From Candidatus Nomurabacteria bacterium (GTDB taxonomy: Bacteria > Patescibacteriota > Minisyncoccia > Phycocordibacterales > UBA918), in the NCBI GenBank assembly GCA_023898565.1, contig CP060228.1, forward strand, positions 696,995-760,994: a stretch of DNA of 64,000 bases, read 5' to 3'. A model generated the notes under the pieces. It was not told the DNA's origin. It made no database searches and saw only the letters and a program-made list of their open reading frames with translations. Numbering within the stretch: the first letter of the stretch is position 1; each line of letters begins with the position of its first letter. This document shows, piece by piece, positions 27,692-38,764 of the stretch. A program made the translations under genes and the position numbers.

Positions 27692-29431
27692 TTACATATC
27701 GTTTCTGAAAAACTCCCATAACGAATCACTTTCAGTGTGCCACTCGGTGATATTGTTGAATCGATCAGCTGGGCGTCCAGGGCGGGCGATTGGGGTAATG
27801 GTCATATCTTCTCGCACAACATACGTTAGCGTTGGCTGAAACAAGAAGACGGCAGGATGTTCGCTCGTGATAATGTCACTGGCTTCTCGCAGTGTTGCTT
27901 GTCGTTGTGGTCCGTATGCTTCTGTTCGAGCTGTTTCAAGCAGCTTGTCCACCTCAACGTTTGCGTATTGAGCAATGTTTAGTCCAGGATCATCTTGCTG
28001 TGATGAGTGCCAGAATGGGTATAAATCATACGAGCGACTCATGTCGAGCCCGAAAAGTAAGGCTTCAAAGTCACGTGGTCGGATGACGGACTGTACAAGG
28101 TCTGCTTGTTCAAACTGCTCGGTGGTCACTGACACTCCAATGGCTTCCCATTGTTTTGATACAGAATCGACTAATGATCCAAATAGCGGGGTGTTGCTGG
28201 TGCGGAGCGTGATGCGTAGTGGCACCATTTCGTCATTTATTTTTTTCTCCCAAGTGCCAAGTGAATCTTGTGTCCAGCCACCACTTTTTAGTAGGGCAAT
28301 CGCTTGATTCGCTGGCGTCGATGTTGCGGTATCAGTGATGCCGTCATTTGATTGTAGCGTAGTGCTTCCGAGCAGGGTAGGTGATGCTGTGGGGACACCA
28401 TATCCATGCAGTGCTGAGTCAATCAGTGCAGGTCGATCAAGCGCGATTGTCAATGCCTTGCGTGCGGTCGTGTCCCGAAGAGCAGCCGAGCGATTTTGGT
28501 TAAAGAAAATACCAAAAACACGAGGCAAAGGTTCTTCTACCAGCTTGTAGCCATCTTCGAGCACCTTTTCAATTTGATTGGTTGAGAGGTATGCCGTTGC
28601 GTCGATGTCGTGAGCGTCTAGAGCATTCAGTAGCGCCGATTCGTTTTGATAGAAATTAAGCTTAATGCCATCAATTTTTGAGTCACTCGTCGTCTGACGA
28701 TATGCTACGAGGTTGTAATTGCTAATAAGTCCAGAGGTGTCTCGCTTGGCGCTTTCAATTCTGAATGGTCCAGAACCGATTGGTTCAGTATTGAGCTGAC
28801 TAAAGGGTAGTTGCTCAATCGGCAAGCTGCTCCAGGCGTGTGCAGGCATAATGCCAAAAGTGAAGTTTTCAATAAATGGTGCGTATGCTTCTTCAAGCAC
28901 AACATTCAGTTCGTATTCATTGATTTCCTCAATCGTCACGTCACTCCAGTTGCCACGCAGTGGACTTTTAAGGTCTGGGTCTTGAATGAGTTTGATGGTG
29001 AAGACAACGTCTCGGGCAGTAAGTGGAGTGCCGTCGTGGAAGGTTACATCCTTCTTGAGAACTACGTTGTACGTTAAGCCATCATCAGATACTACAATCG
29101 TTTCTGCAAGATCATTCACTAGATTACCTTGGTTATCAATGCGCATAAGCCCGCTATACACCAAAGTGGTTACGTCTTGGTCGGCCCGAGTCAAAGCCAA
29201 GGCGGGATTCACAAAGCGAGGGGTGCCAACGATTCCTTCGGTGATTGTGCCGCCACGAGTTGGTGTAATTGCTGAACGGTCGTCATTGAAAGATAGAGCA
29301 AACCAAATGCCGGTGGCAATAACCAAGAAAAATAGGACTCGCAAAAACAAACGGTCACTTGGCGGCGTTCCTTCAATGCGATGGAGAAGTTTATCCAAAA
29401 GTCCTAACGACGGATTGGTTGGAGATGTCAT
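27692..29431 (-). CDS. ABC-transporter substrate-binding protein, family 5 (peptide/nickel), membrane-anchored, no adjacent permease or ATPase
   Basis: 579 aa; N-terminal TM; SBP_bac_5-like length and motifs. Confidence 0.55.
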   Translation of the reverse strand: MTSPTNPSLGLLDKLLHRIEGTPPSDRLFLRVLFFLVIATGIWFALSFNDDRSAITPTRGGTITEGIVGTPRFVNPALALTRADQDVTTLVYSGLMRIDNQGNLVNDLAETIVVSDDGLTYNVVLKKDVTFHDGTPLTARDVVFTIKLIQDPDLKSPLRGNWSDVTIEEINEYELNVVLEEAYAPFIENFTFGIMPAHAWSSLPIEQLPFSQLNTEPIGSGPFRIESAKRDTSGLISNYNLVAYRQTTSDSKIDGIKLNFYQNESALLNALDAHDIDATAYLSTNQIEKVLEDGYKLVEEPLPRVFGIFFNQNRSAALRDTTARKALTIALDRPALIDSALHGYGVPTASPTLLGSTTLQSNDGITDTATSTPANQAIALLKSGGWTQDSLGTWEKKINDEMVPLRITLRTSNTPLFGSLVDSVSKQWEAIGVSVTTEQFEQADLVQSVIRPRDFEALLFGLDMSRSYDLYPFWHSSQQDDPGLNIAQYANVEVDKLLETARTEAYGPQRQATLREASDIITSEHPAVFLFQPTLTYVVREDMTITPIARPGRPADRFNNITEWHTESDSLWEFFRNDM

Positions 29432-29526
29432 ATAAAATGATTAGTGATTACAAATGAGCGACGGTGTTTTCAAGAGAAAACACACATTTTTTACTGCAAA
29501 AGCAAGCCGAACTGAATTTCGGTTGT

Positions 29527-29766
29527 TTACGCGAGGATATTGAGAAATGCCGTGAGTACAAACAAGATTGCAATCCCGACTGAAAACTTGAACAAGAAAA
29601 GCTCCGCGCCTCGACGTTTGTGAAAGGCCGAACTGAAATTGTCGCCACCAAATGCTCCTCCCAAGCTTGAACCGCGCTGCTGGAGTAGAATCGCTGCAAC
29701 GAGGAGGATGGAGAGAATTATCTGGATATATGGCAGTGCTGGAAGCACTAAATCGATAATATTCAT
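29527..29766 (-). CDS. secG: preprotein translocase subunit SecG
   Basis: 79 aa, two TM helices separated by the Gly-rich loop LQQRGSSLGGAFGG typical of SecG. Confidence 0.75.
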   Translation of the reverse strand: MNIIDLVLPALPYIQIILSILLVAAILLQQRGSSLGGAFGGDNFSSAFHKRRGAELFLFKFSVGIAILFVLTAFLNILA

Positions 29767-29847
29767 GCCGAGTGATAGTAGCAGAAAGTGTCTAAGGAGG
29801 CAAGTATAAAGGAAAACAGCGGCTGCTAGCCGCTGTGAAAAGATACC

Positions 29848-30222
29848 TTACTTGAGCGCATATTTGTGGGCGCCTGATACATGGCTGATGTTGTACTTGG
29901 TGGGGGTCAGGGTGAAGTAGTCGATCTCAATGAAACGACTCTCGCCCTTGAGCAGGGTCGCAATCGGCAATTGCTGCCAGGTGTGTTCTTGGATGAGTCG
30001 ATTGATGGCCCCGTCGAATTGAGACGAGACAAACTTGAAACAGGCGCCCTCGCCAGTCAGGAGGCCATCCCAGTTGGTCCACTGGCGTCTCCACCAAGTA
30101 AATGTTTCTGGCAAAATGACCGCTGCGATGTGTGCCAGTAATTTGCTGGGTACTTTCTCGATTATGTTGCCATCGTGCAGTACAAGCAGGTCTTTACAAA
30201 CCAAGACATATCGAATTGCCAT
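29848..30222 (-). CDS. hypothetical protein
   Basis: 124-aa ORF with a downstream hairpin terminator (29820-29840, minus strand). No family recognised. Confidence 0.35.
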   Translation of the reverse strand: MAIRYVLVCKDLLVLHDGNIIEKVPSKLLAHIAAVILPETFTWWRRQWTNWDGLLTGEGACFKFVSSQFDGAINRLIQEHTWQQLPIATLLKGESRFIEIDYFTLTPTKYNISHVSGAHKYALK

Positions 30223-30386
30223 TTGTGTTCTCCTCTTTGAACAAATGTACTGCGGTCTTTATAGCAGTCAGGCCATTCAATTGCAATCAGTTTTTAGTGT
30301 CGGTATAATACCGGCGCGACGGAGGTGATTCGGTTGTTTTGGCAGTCGTAGTTTGATTTTCTACTACATTATAAAGTTCTTAAGTA

Positions 30387-30713
30387 ATGCATGATATGAG
30401 TGAAAAAAGTCCAATTAAGCCACTTGGCGATCGCGTAGTGGTACGACCCCTTACCGATGAGGAATTAGGAACCGTGTCAGCGTCAGGAATTATCATTCCA
30501 GACTCAGCCAAAAAGGAAAAACCAGAACAGGGAATTGTGATTGCGACGGGGCCTGGTAAATGGGATGAGGACGGAGAAAAGCGTATTCCACTGGAAGTAA
30601 AGGAGGGTGACCGCGTAGTCTTTTCGAAGTATGGTTACGACGAAGTAAAATATGAAGATAAGGAGTACTTTATCGTGTCTGAATCGTCTATTTTAGGCAT
30701 TTTCAACGGCTAA
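30387..30713 (+). CDS. groES: co-chaperonin GroES
   Basis: [12 protein letters not shown], mobile loop, [23 protein letters not shown]. The start could instead be the second Met at 30396. Confidence 0.85.
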   Translation: MHDMSEKSPIKPLGDRVVVRPLTDEELGTVSASGIIIPDSAKKEKPEQGIVIATGPGKWDEDGEKRIPLEVKEGDRVVFSKYGYDEVKYEDKEYFIVSESSILGIFNG

Positions 30714-30725
30714 TTAGTTATTTAA

Positions 30726-32387
<1,662 letters not shown>

Positions 32388-32565
32388 CCAGAAAATAAGG
32401 AGCGACGCGACTATATTTTCTGAGCTCTCCGAAAGAGCGCGCCTTCCTAGGGCGCTCGTCGGAGACTTACTGCTTCGCCAGTGATTTGCGCGCTTCCTAG
32501 CGCAAATCATCGGTGCACTACCTCGCACTCACTTCTTTAGTTCGAAATTCTTACATAACCCAATC

Positions 32566-32595
32566 AAAAAACAGCGGATTACCGCTGTTTTTTAT
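32566..32595 (+). terminator. groEL intrinsic terminator
   Basis: aaaaaacagcgg-atta-ccgctgtttttt. Confidence 0.7.
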
Positions 32596-32691
32596 TATTT
32601 GCAAGAACAGGGAAGACTCGTCTCAGAAACACTTGCTAAATTACAAATATGTTGTATTATTCCGCTCATTAACAAATCAAGCAACAAATTT

Positions 32692-34534
32692 TATGACTTT
32701 GCAAGCTTTTGAGCAAAAACATATGATCCAAGGTTCCTTGGCTGGCTTTGTGCTGGCACTGTTCTTTGTGCTTGGAGTGAGTCCAGCTGATGCAAAGAGT
32801 GAGGTGGTGCCAAGCTCGTTTGGTGGTGTTTTGTATTATCAAGCCACTGCAAGCAATTGGACCAACTACTGGTTTGCCGGACTAGGTCAGGTAGATGTGT
32901 ACGTAAAATATAATGCAAATGTCTATGATGCTACTTCTGGTGACTTAATTCCAGAAAATGGCACTGTGTCTGTTGGTACAAAACTTCGCTTTGAGCCAAC
33001 GCGTGGAGAGATTAGTTGGAATGGTGTTGGATATACTTCTGATACACCATTTGGACAATGGGTGCCCGGCGCTGCGCGTCCAGGGCTTACTGGTACTCAA
33101 GTGGTGACTGGTACAAACTGGTCGTACACGTTTCGAACGGGGTCTTGTGCAGCGGCAAATTGGGTAGATAATCCAATTAATCCGTATAATAATCTTCCAA
33201 CCCCAGTGTACATTCCGTTTTCTGTGAATCCGGAGACAATGACTGTTGATTTGTCTGGATCAACAGCTGGTCTGAATGATTTGGGTGGAAACGTCTATGA
33301 GGTGACTGCACCTGGGTCAGTTGTTGCTCAGTTTGTGTATGACCCCACGTTTGGTCGCTTTTACTATGAATACATTTCAACGACTGCTATTTACGCACCG
33401 GGTAGCTGCTTTACTTCTTGGGATCTTCGTCCGATGAGTATTTCGGGTAGCTGGTTTGGGTTTAATCCGACCTACAATCATCCGGTTCCCGGCGCAAGTA
33501 TCTCGTATAACATAACTGTTGCTGATGCTCCGTCAGGAAACAATCCTCCCGAGACGCCGGTCATTACTGGCGCTGGAGCAAACTCACACTTGGCTGGCGA
33601 GTATCAAAACTTTACAATTGTTGCTGACGATCTCGACGGCGATGCATTGTCATACCGAATTGATTGGGATAATAATGGCTCGGTTGATCAGTGGGTGCCA
33701 TCATCTGGGTATGTTGTTCCAAATGTGCCACAAGGTGCGGCAAAGAAATGGTTGTCTGGCGGCACCTATTCATTTAAGGCTAAAGTAATTGATGTGCATG
33801 GTGCAGAGTCTGGCTGGGGTACGTACACAATCAAAATTTGTGACGCTGGTTATGTTTGGGATGGTTCAGCTTGTCAGCCGCCGTTACCAGATCTTACTCC
33901 GTACGCAATGTTGCACCCAAGCACGGTCTTCAACAGTGTAACTGGCATCTTCGACATTGTAGTGATTGAGTACTGGGCGAAAAATGTTGGTGGAAATATC
34001 GTCACTGATAATTTCATCAATACGATTGCGCTCGATCGAGACAACGATGGGTCGATTGCTGCTGGTGATCAGCAAACTGACCCGATGAGTGACAACCTCA
34101 ATCCAAATGACGAATCGGGTCATCATATTCTTACTGTTGCGACAAACGTACCGGCAGGCGACCATGTTATTAAGATTAATCTTGATACAAATGACGATGT
34201 TACCGAGTCGAGTGAGTTAAACAATGACACAACAGTTTCGCTTAATCCGATTGTGCCAACGCTTACTCTCACCATCGATGACGATTTTGTACGCTTCAAA
34301 ACAACAACTACACTACACTGGACCGTTGATATGGTGTATCTCAATGACTGTTCAGTGGTTGGTCCGGGTGTAAATGCTGCTATCAACCCTTCTGTTGTGG
34401 GAGGGTCTGGTGACATAGCAACCGGTCTTATTACGGCCAAGTCTGAATATGTGTTCAGCTGTACGGTGCCAGGTGGAAGCACCTACACTGCCACTGCTAC
34501 GGTTGAGACGACTGGTTCAGTTGAGGAGATTTAG
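32692..34534 (+). CDS. large secreted surface protein with PKD/cadherin-like and CARDB-like beta-sandwich domains (paralog A)
   Basis: Signal peptide MIQGSLAGFVLALFFVLGVSPADA. Motifs ADDLDGDALSYRIDWDNNGSVDQW and DLTPYAMLHP...ALDRDNDGS (CARDB-like). Start chosen at Met 32692; the listed 32513 extension covers the groEL terminator region. Confidence 0.6.
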
Positions 34535-34547
34535 TACGAGTTTGTAC

Positions 34548-34580
34548 ACAAAAAGCCCGCGGCGAAAGCTGTGGGCTTTT
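34548..34580 (+). terminator. intrinsic terminator after paralog A
   Basis: aagcccgcggcgaaagctgtgggcttttt. Confidence 0.6.
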
Positions 34581-34651
34581 TGTGTACAAACGTCTCGCGT
34601 GTTTTCTTATCAGTTGGTACAATGTATGTACTTATCGATTAATATTTCGTT

Positions 34652-37600
34652 ATGCACTTAGTTACAAGAGTCTTAAGTGGCGTGTTTTTTTCCTTGCTGG
34701 TTCTGCCAGCTTTAGTTTTGGCACAGGCACCTGGAATTACCCAGCTAAACACTAATGAACCTCCCAACGAGCTTGCGCTGCAACCGCCAGCATTCTTGGA
34801 TGCCGTGCAGTCAGAAGATGATTGGAATGCTTTAACGCCTGAGCAGCAGGCTGAAGCAGCGGCGTTCTTTGCTTCTTTTGGACCAGGCTTAACTACTGCC
34901 AATACAGCTTCGCCGGACGGGACAGTGTCGTGTTTTGACTACTACACGTTCGGCAGTGTTAAGGTAAATGTGCAAGGTGTGCTAGCGTCAACGGTGTCGG
35001 GAGTACCCTTCACCTTCACCGGTACAATTGATAACGAGAACCCGTATCCAGTTGTTGATGGCGCGGTGTACATGAAGATTTTTCGTCAGCCAGGAGATGG
35101 CTCAACACCAGTAAATGGCTATGATGTGGTGTACCAAGGTTTTGTAGAAGAGGGGTTGTCCTTACCTGCTGGTGGTTCAATGCCAATCAATTTTAGTTGG
35201 AATATTCCTGCTGCACTACCGTCAGGGCAATATCAAGCTGCTTTTTTCTATACGTCTGCAAAGCGCTTCAACCTGCTCGGGTTACCCTTTACCGATGATG
35301 TTGTGGGCAACACCGTCTCGTTCGCTGTCACTGGTGAGCTTACGGATACGGTGACCTTTCAAAAAGATAGTGTGACCGTCGCTGACAATAACTACTTTTT
35401 TGCTGCCTTTACGCCAAAGGTAGATACGGTTGCGCCTGTAGAAGTTGCTGCTGTGCTAGTAAATACCACCGACAAAGAGCAGGTTGTGCCCATCACAATT
35501 ACCACGTATGCCTGGGACCAACAGCGTGCTGAAAATGTTGTTGATACCACGACCACTTCAGTTACTTTGGCAGCGGGAGAGAGTTCGCCGTTGCGGCATG
35601 TTGTTACCGACACAAGAAATTCAGTCTATCTTGTGGTATTTGAGTCTTCATACCTGGATACGAAAAGCATTCTTAATGTTCGGTTCACGCGTAGTGACGT
35701 GCCAACCACACGCATTAATTTCCCGGCTGTCACGTCATACCCACTACGCGCAGGCGAGCAAGCAACTGTGTTCTCGTGTTTGCATGCAGCTGGCACTATG
35801 GAGATGGTCGCGGGAGGAAAGCTGGAGCTTACGCTCAAAGACGAAGCAGGGAATCCGTTCCATGCCTACACGTACGAAGGCGGTGTCACTGGAGCAATGA
35901 TGGGTGTTGCTGAGGTTTTTACTCCAGAACGTGATTATTCAAAATTTACACTTTCGGCAGCACTTTACCGAGATAATCAGCTTGTTGACACGGTAGACAT
36001 GGTTTATGACTGCACTGCGCTCCAAGAAACGTGTACGCAAGTTCCAGCGTCAGTTTCGCCTGGTGAGCAGGGGCAGGCCGCCGGCATTGTGGTGAAGCTT
36101 TTTGCCATGGCACTTATTTTTGCGGCGTTACTTGCTATTGCTTTTAAAATCTTTTTCAAAGAAGAAAAGTATATTACCGGCGAACACACACCTGATGATC
36201 TTGGAAACTCAAACGGCCCGTCACCGATGGGGCCGATGATACTTCTGCTCTTGGCTTTTGGCAGTTTTGTGTTTGGCGCGGGCCAGGCGGAAGCGAAAAG
36301 TGTCGTTTGGAACAGTGCGATGTTGCCCCCGCTGGCTTATTATTGGGCAAACATACACTCAGCGTGGCAGACTTCAGCAATGACCCCCGGTGCGGTAGGG
36401 TGTGTAAACCCAGGCCCAGGCGGCTGTGGGTTTCAACTAGCGTTAGATAACGCTCTGGCTTCTGTCACTTATAAAGCTGAGGTTTATGACTATACAACAG
36501 GAAATGTTTTGGCTGATGGAGCGGTGGTGCCGGTTGGAACAAAGCTTCAAATTCGAGAAATCCCTAAAATCAATACTGATATTTCATGGTTCGGAACTGG
36601 ACATTCGAGTGATAGTCCCTACGGTCGCTGGGTCGCTGCTGCTGGTCCTTTGACGAGCATCGGCTGTTCTCCTGGTGACTATACAGGTACTGCCAGTTTA
36701 ATTCTAGCCGAAGATCCAATTCATACATACAACATGTTGCATGTTGACCCCAAGACACCACTGCCGCTTCCTGTCAGTGCTAATTTGTCGTGCGATGCTG
36801 GCGGGGTGTGTGACGTAACTGCTCCAGGACCAATAAACCTTCGCATGTCATTTCCTGAAACTGTCGGTCGATTTTATCATCGGTACGTGGGAAAAATTTG
36901 GGGAAATTGGATTTGTGGTGGGAACAATGTACCTTTGAGAACTTTCACGGCAGAAGATTATTCGTTTACGTACATGGGTGTATATTATGCATTTTATGCG
37001 AATATTGTGCCAAGTGGTAGTGATTATTTTTTACAGATTCCCGAGCAAGCTATAGATTTTACCTTTAATGCTATTTCGGTTTCGGAGAACTCGGTACCTG
37101 AAATTCCTAGTATTTCTAACGCACTCCCCCAGACCCACATGGTGGGTGACGCTCAAACCTTCAGTGTTGTAGCAGATGATCCCGATGGTGATGTGTTGCG
37201 TTATGGAGTGGATTGGAATGAAGATGGTGTAGTTGATCAGTGGTTGCCTGGCATTGGGCATGTTTCGGGCGGAACTTCCGTAACAACAGCGCGAACGTGG
37301 GTAACGGCCGGCATAAAATCATTTCAGGTCTTAGCAGAGGATATTAATGGTGGGCGTTCGGAGTTTGCTTCTCACCAGATTGTAATTTGCAATACAGGTT
37401 ACACCTGGGATGGTGCTACGTGCTTACCGCCAAAGCCAGACTTAGTACCATATGCTTCGATTAGTCCGTTAACCGTCTTTGACTCAGTTCTAGGTGTGTA
37501 TCCTCAGGTGGTGATTGAGTATTCAATTGAAAATAATGGTGACGTTCAAGTTGATGAAGCCTCAGAGAATTATATTGGCCTTGATCGCAATAATGATGGT

Positions 37601-38089
37601 AGTTACGCTGCTGCAGATGAGCAGTATGATGCTACTGATTTTAGCCTGGCACCATTATCGGTTGGCTCTGTGTCTGCTCCAAAGACTGTCGTGGTTGGAA
37701 CAAATGTTCCGCTCGGAACACACACTATTTTGATTGATGTTGATTACGATAACTCAATTGACGAGACTGATGAAACAAACAACCAACGAACGTTAACGCT
37801 CACTTCTCCGGCACCATCGCTGACGCTCGACGTTTCAGATGACTTTGTCCGCGCGGGGACCACCGCGGTGCTTACCTGGGCAACAAGCGCCACGTACCTT
37901 TCTAGCTGTACCATTAAGGGGCCGGGAGTGAATGTTGCTATCAATCCTTCAGTGTCTGGTTCGACCGGTACGGTACCGACTGGTGCAATCGCTGCCAAGT
38001 CAGAGTATGTATTTAGTTGTTCGGATACAGGAGGTGTATATTCAGTGTCTGCAGTAGTGGGGACAACAGGAACGGTGCAGGAAATATAA
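34652..38089 (+). CDS. very large surface protein: unique N-terminal half plus a C-terminal half paralogous to the upstream gene (apparent fusion)
   Basis: Signal peptide; residues about 1-480 unique; TM-like stretch then signal-peptide-like MGPMILLLLAFGSFVFGAGQAEA; residues about 545-1145 align along paralog A (ADDPDGDVLRYGVDWNEDGVVDQW, C-terminal AAKSEYVFSC). Confidence 0.6.
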   Translation: MHLVTRVLSGVFFSLLVLPALVLAQAPGITQLNTNEPPNELALQPPAFLDAVQSEDDWNALTPEQQAEAAAFFASFGPGLTTANTASPDGTVSCFDYYTFGSVKVNVQGVLASTVSGVPFTFTGTIDNENPYPVVDGAVYMKIFRQPGDGSTPVNGYDVVYQGFVEEGLSLPAGGSMPINFSWNIPAALPSGQYQAAFFYTSAKRFNLLGLPFTDDVVGNTVSFAVTGELTDTVTFQKDSVTVADNNYFFAAFTPKVDTVAPVEVAAVLVNTTDKEQVVPITITTYAWDQQRAENVVDTTTTSVTLAAGESSPLRHVVTDTRNSVYLVVFESSYLDTKSILNVRFTRSDVPTTRINFPAVTSYPLRAGEQATVFSCLHAAGTMEMVAGGKLELTLKDEAGNPFHAYTYEGGVTGAMMGVAEVFTPERDYSKFTLSAALYRDNQLVDTVDMVYDCTALQETCTQVPASVSPGEQGQAAGIVVKLFAMALIFAALLAIAFKIFFKEEKYITGEHTPDDLGNSNGPSPMGPMILLLLAFGSFVFGAGQAEAKSVVWNSAMLPPLAYYWANIHSAWQTSAMTPGAVGCVNPGPGGCGFQLALDNALASVTYKAEVYDYTTGNVLADGAVVPVGTKLQIREIPKINTDISWFGTGHSSDSPYGRWVAAAGPLTSIGCSPGDYTGTASLILAEDPIHTYNMLHVDPKTPLPLPVSANLSCDAGGVCDVTAPGPINLRMSFPETVGRFYHRYVGKIWGNWICGGNNVPLRTFTAEDYSFTYMGVYYAFYANIVPSGSDYFLQIPEQAIDFTFNAISVSENSVPEIPSISNALPQTHMVGDAQTFSVVADDPDGDVLRYGVDWNEDGVVDQWLPGIGHVSGGTSVTTARTWVTAGIKSFQVLAEDINGGRSEFASHQIVICNTGYTWDGATCLPPKPDLVPYASISPLTVFDSVLGVYPQVVIEYSIENNGDVQVDEASENYIGLDRNNDGSYAAADEQYDATDFSLAPLSVGSVSAPKTVVVGTNVPLGTHTILIDVDYDNSIDETDETNNQRTLTLTSPAPSLTLDVSDDFVRAGTTAVLTWATSATYLSSCTIKGPGVNVAINPSVSGSTGTVPTGAIAAKSEYVFSCSDTGGVYSVSAVVGTTGTVQEI

Positions 38090-38092
38090 ACA

Positions 38093-38120
38093 AAAGCCCG
38101 CGGCGAAGCCGCGGGCTTTT
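38093..38120 (+). terminator. intrinsic terminator after paralog B, near-copy of the one after paralog A
   Basis: aaagcccgcggcgaagccgcgggcttttg. Confidence 0.65.
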
Positions 38121-38186
38121 GTTTCTTGCGTGTCAGATTGTGGTACTATATAGAACACAGTTAATTATTTGTTTATTTGAGTAGTT

Positions 38187-38762
38187 ATGGGAATTTCTAT
38201 TGTAGTTATTGTTCTGCTGGCGCTGTACGTTGTGTTTGCATACAACAAGTTTGTAAAGCTCACGCAGCAAGCCAAAGAAGCTTGGGCAGATATTGATGTA
38301 CAGCTTAAACGTCGTTACGACCTTATTCCAAATTTGATAGAGACTGTAAAGGGGTATGCTGGTCACGAGAGACAAACACTCGAACAGGTGACAGCGGCGA
38401 GAGCAGCTGCCACGCAGACACACGTTGATCCTTCGAATTTAACCGCGGACAGCATTGCTGCTATGGCCGGAGCAGAATCTGCCCTTACTGGCGCACTTGG
38501 CCGCTTGATGGCGATTGCAGAGAATTACCCGGACCTTAAAGCAAACACCAACTTTTTGGAATTGCAGCGCGAGCTTTCAGATACTGAAAACAAGATTCAG
38601 GCAGCACGTCGCTTCTACAATGGTAACGTCCGTGATTTGAATATTGCCCTCAAATCATTTCCTTCAAATGTAGTTGCTTCAATGTTCAGTTTCAAGGAGG
38701 AGCCGTACTTTGAACTTGAGGAAAATAGTGTTGAACGAGAAGCGGTTAAGGTGCAGTTCTAA
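38187..38762 (+). CDS. lemA: LemA-family protein
   Basis: N-terminal TM; YNKFVKLTQQAKEAWADIDVQLKRRYDLIPNLIETVKGYAGHE is the LemA signature region. Confidence 0.8.
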   Translation: MGISIVVIVLLALYVVFAYNKFVKLTQQAKEAWADIDVQLKRRYDLIPNLIETVKGYAGHERQTLEQVTAARAAATQTHVDPSNLTADSIAAMAGAESALTGALGRLMAIAENYPDLKANTNFLELQRELSDTENKIQAARRFYNGNVRDLNIALKSFPSNVVASMFSFKEEPYFELEENSVEREAVKVQF

Positions 38763-38764
38763 TC

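Noticed and set aside
30223-30386. CIRCE (HrcA) operator upstream of groES
   Set aside because: No TTAGCACTC-N9-GAGTGCTAA inverted repeat found. Only a TATAAT box and unrelated short palindromes.
32513-32691. N-terminal 60-residue extension of surface paralog A as listed in the ORF track
   Set aside because: The extension reads through the groEL terminator hairpins and lacks signal-peptide character. The true start is the Met at 32692 (or 32722) that begins a canonical signal peptide.
34300-38089. Possibility that the conserved C-termini of the two surface paralogs are a DGR template/variable repeat pair
   Set aside because: The two copies differ at many positions without the adenine-specific pattern. 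No reverse transcriptase gene or near-identical nucleotide repeat is present in the window.
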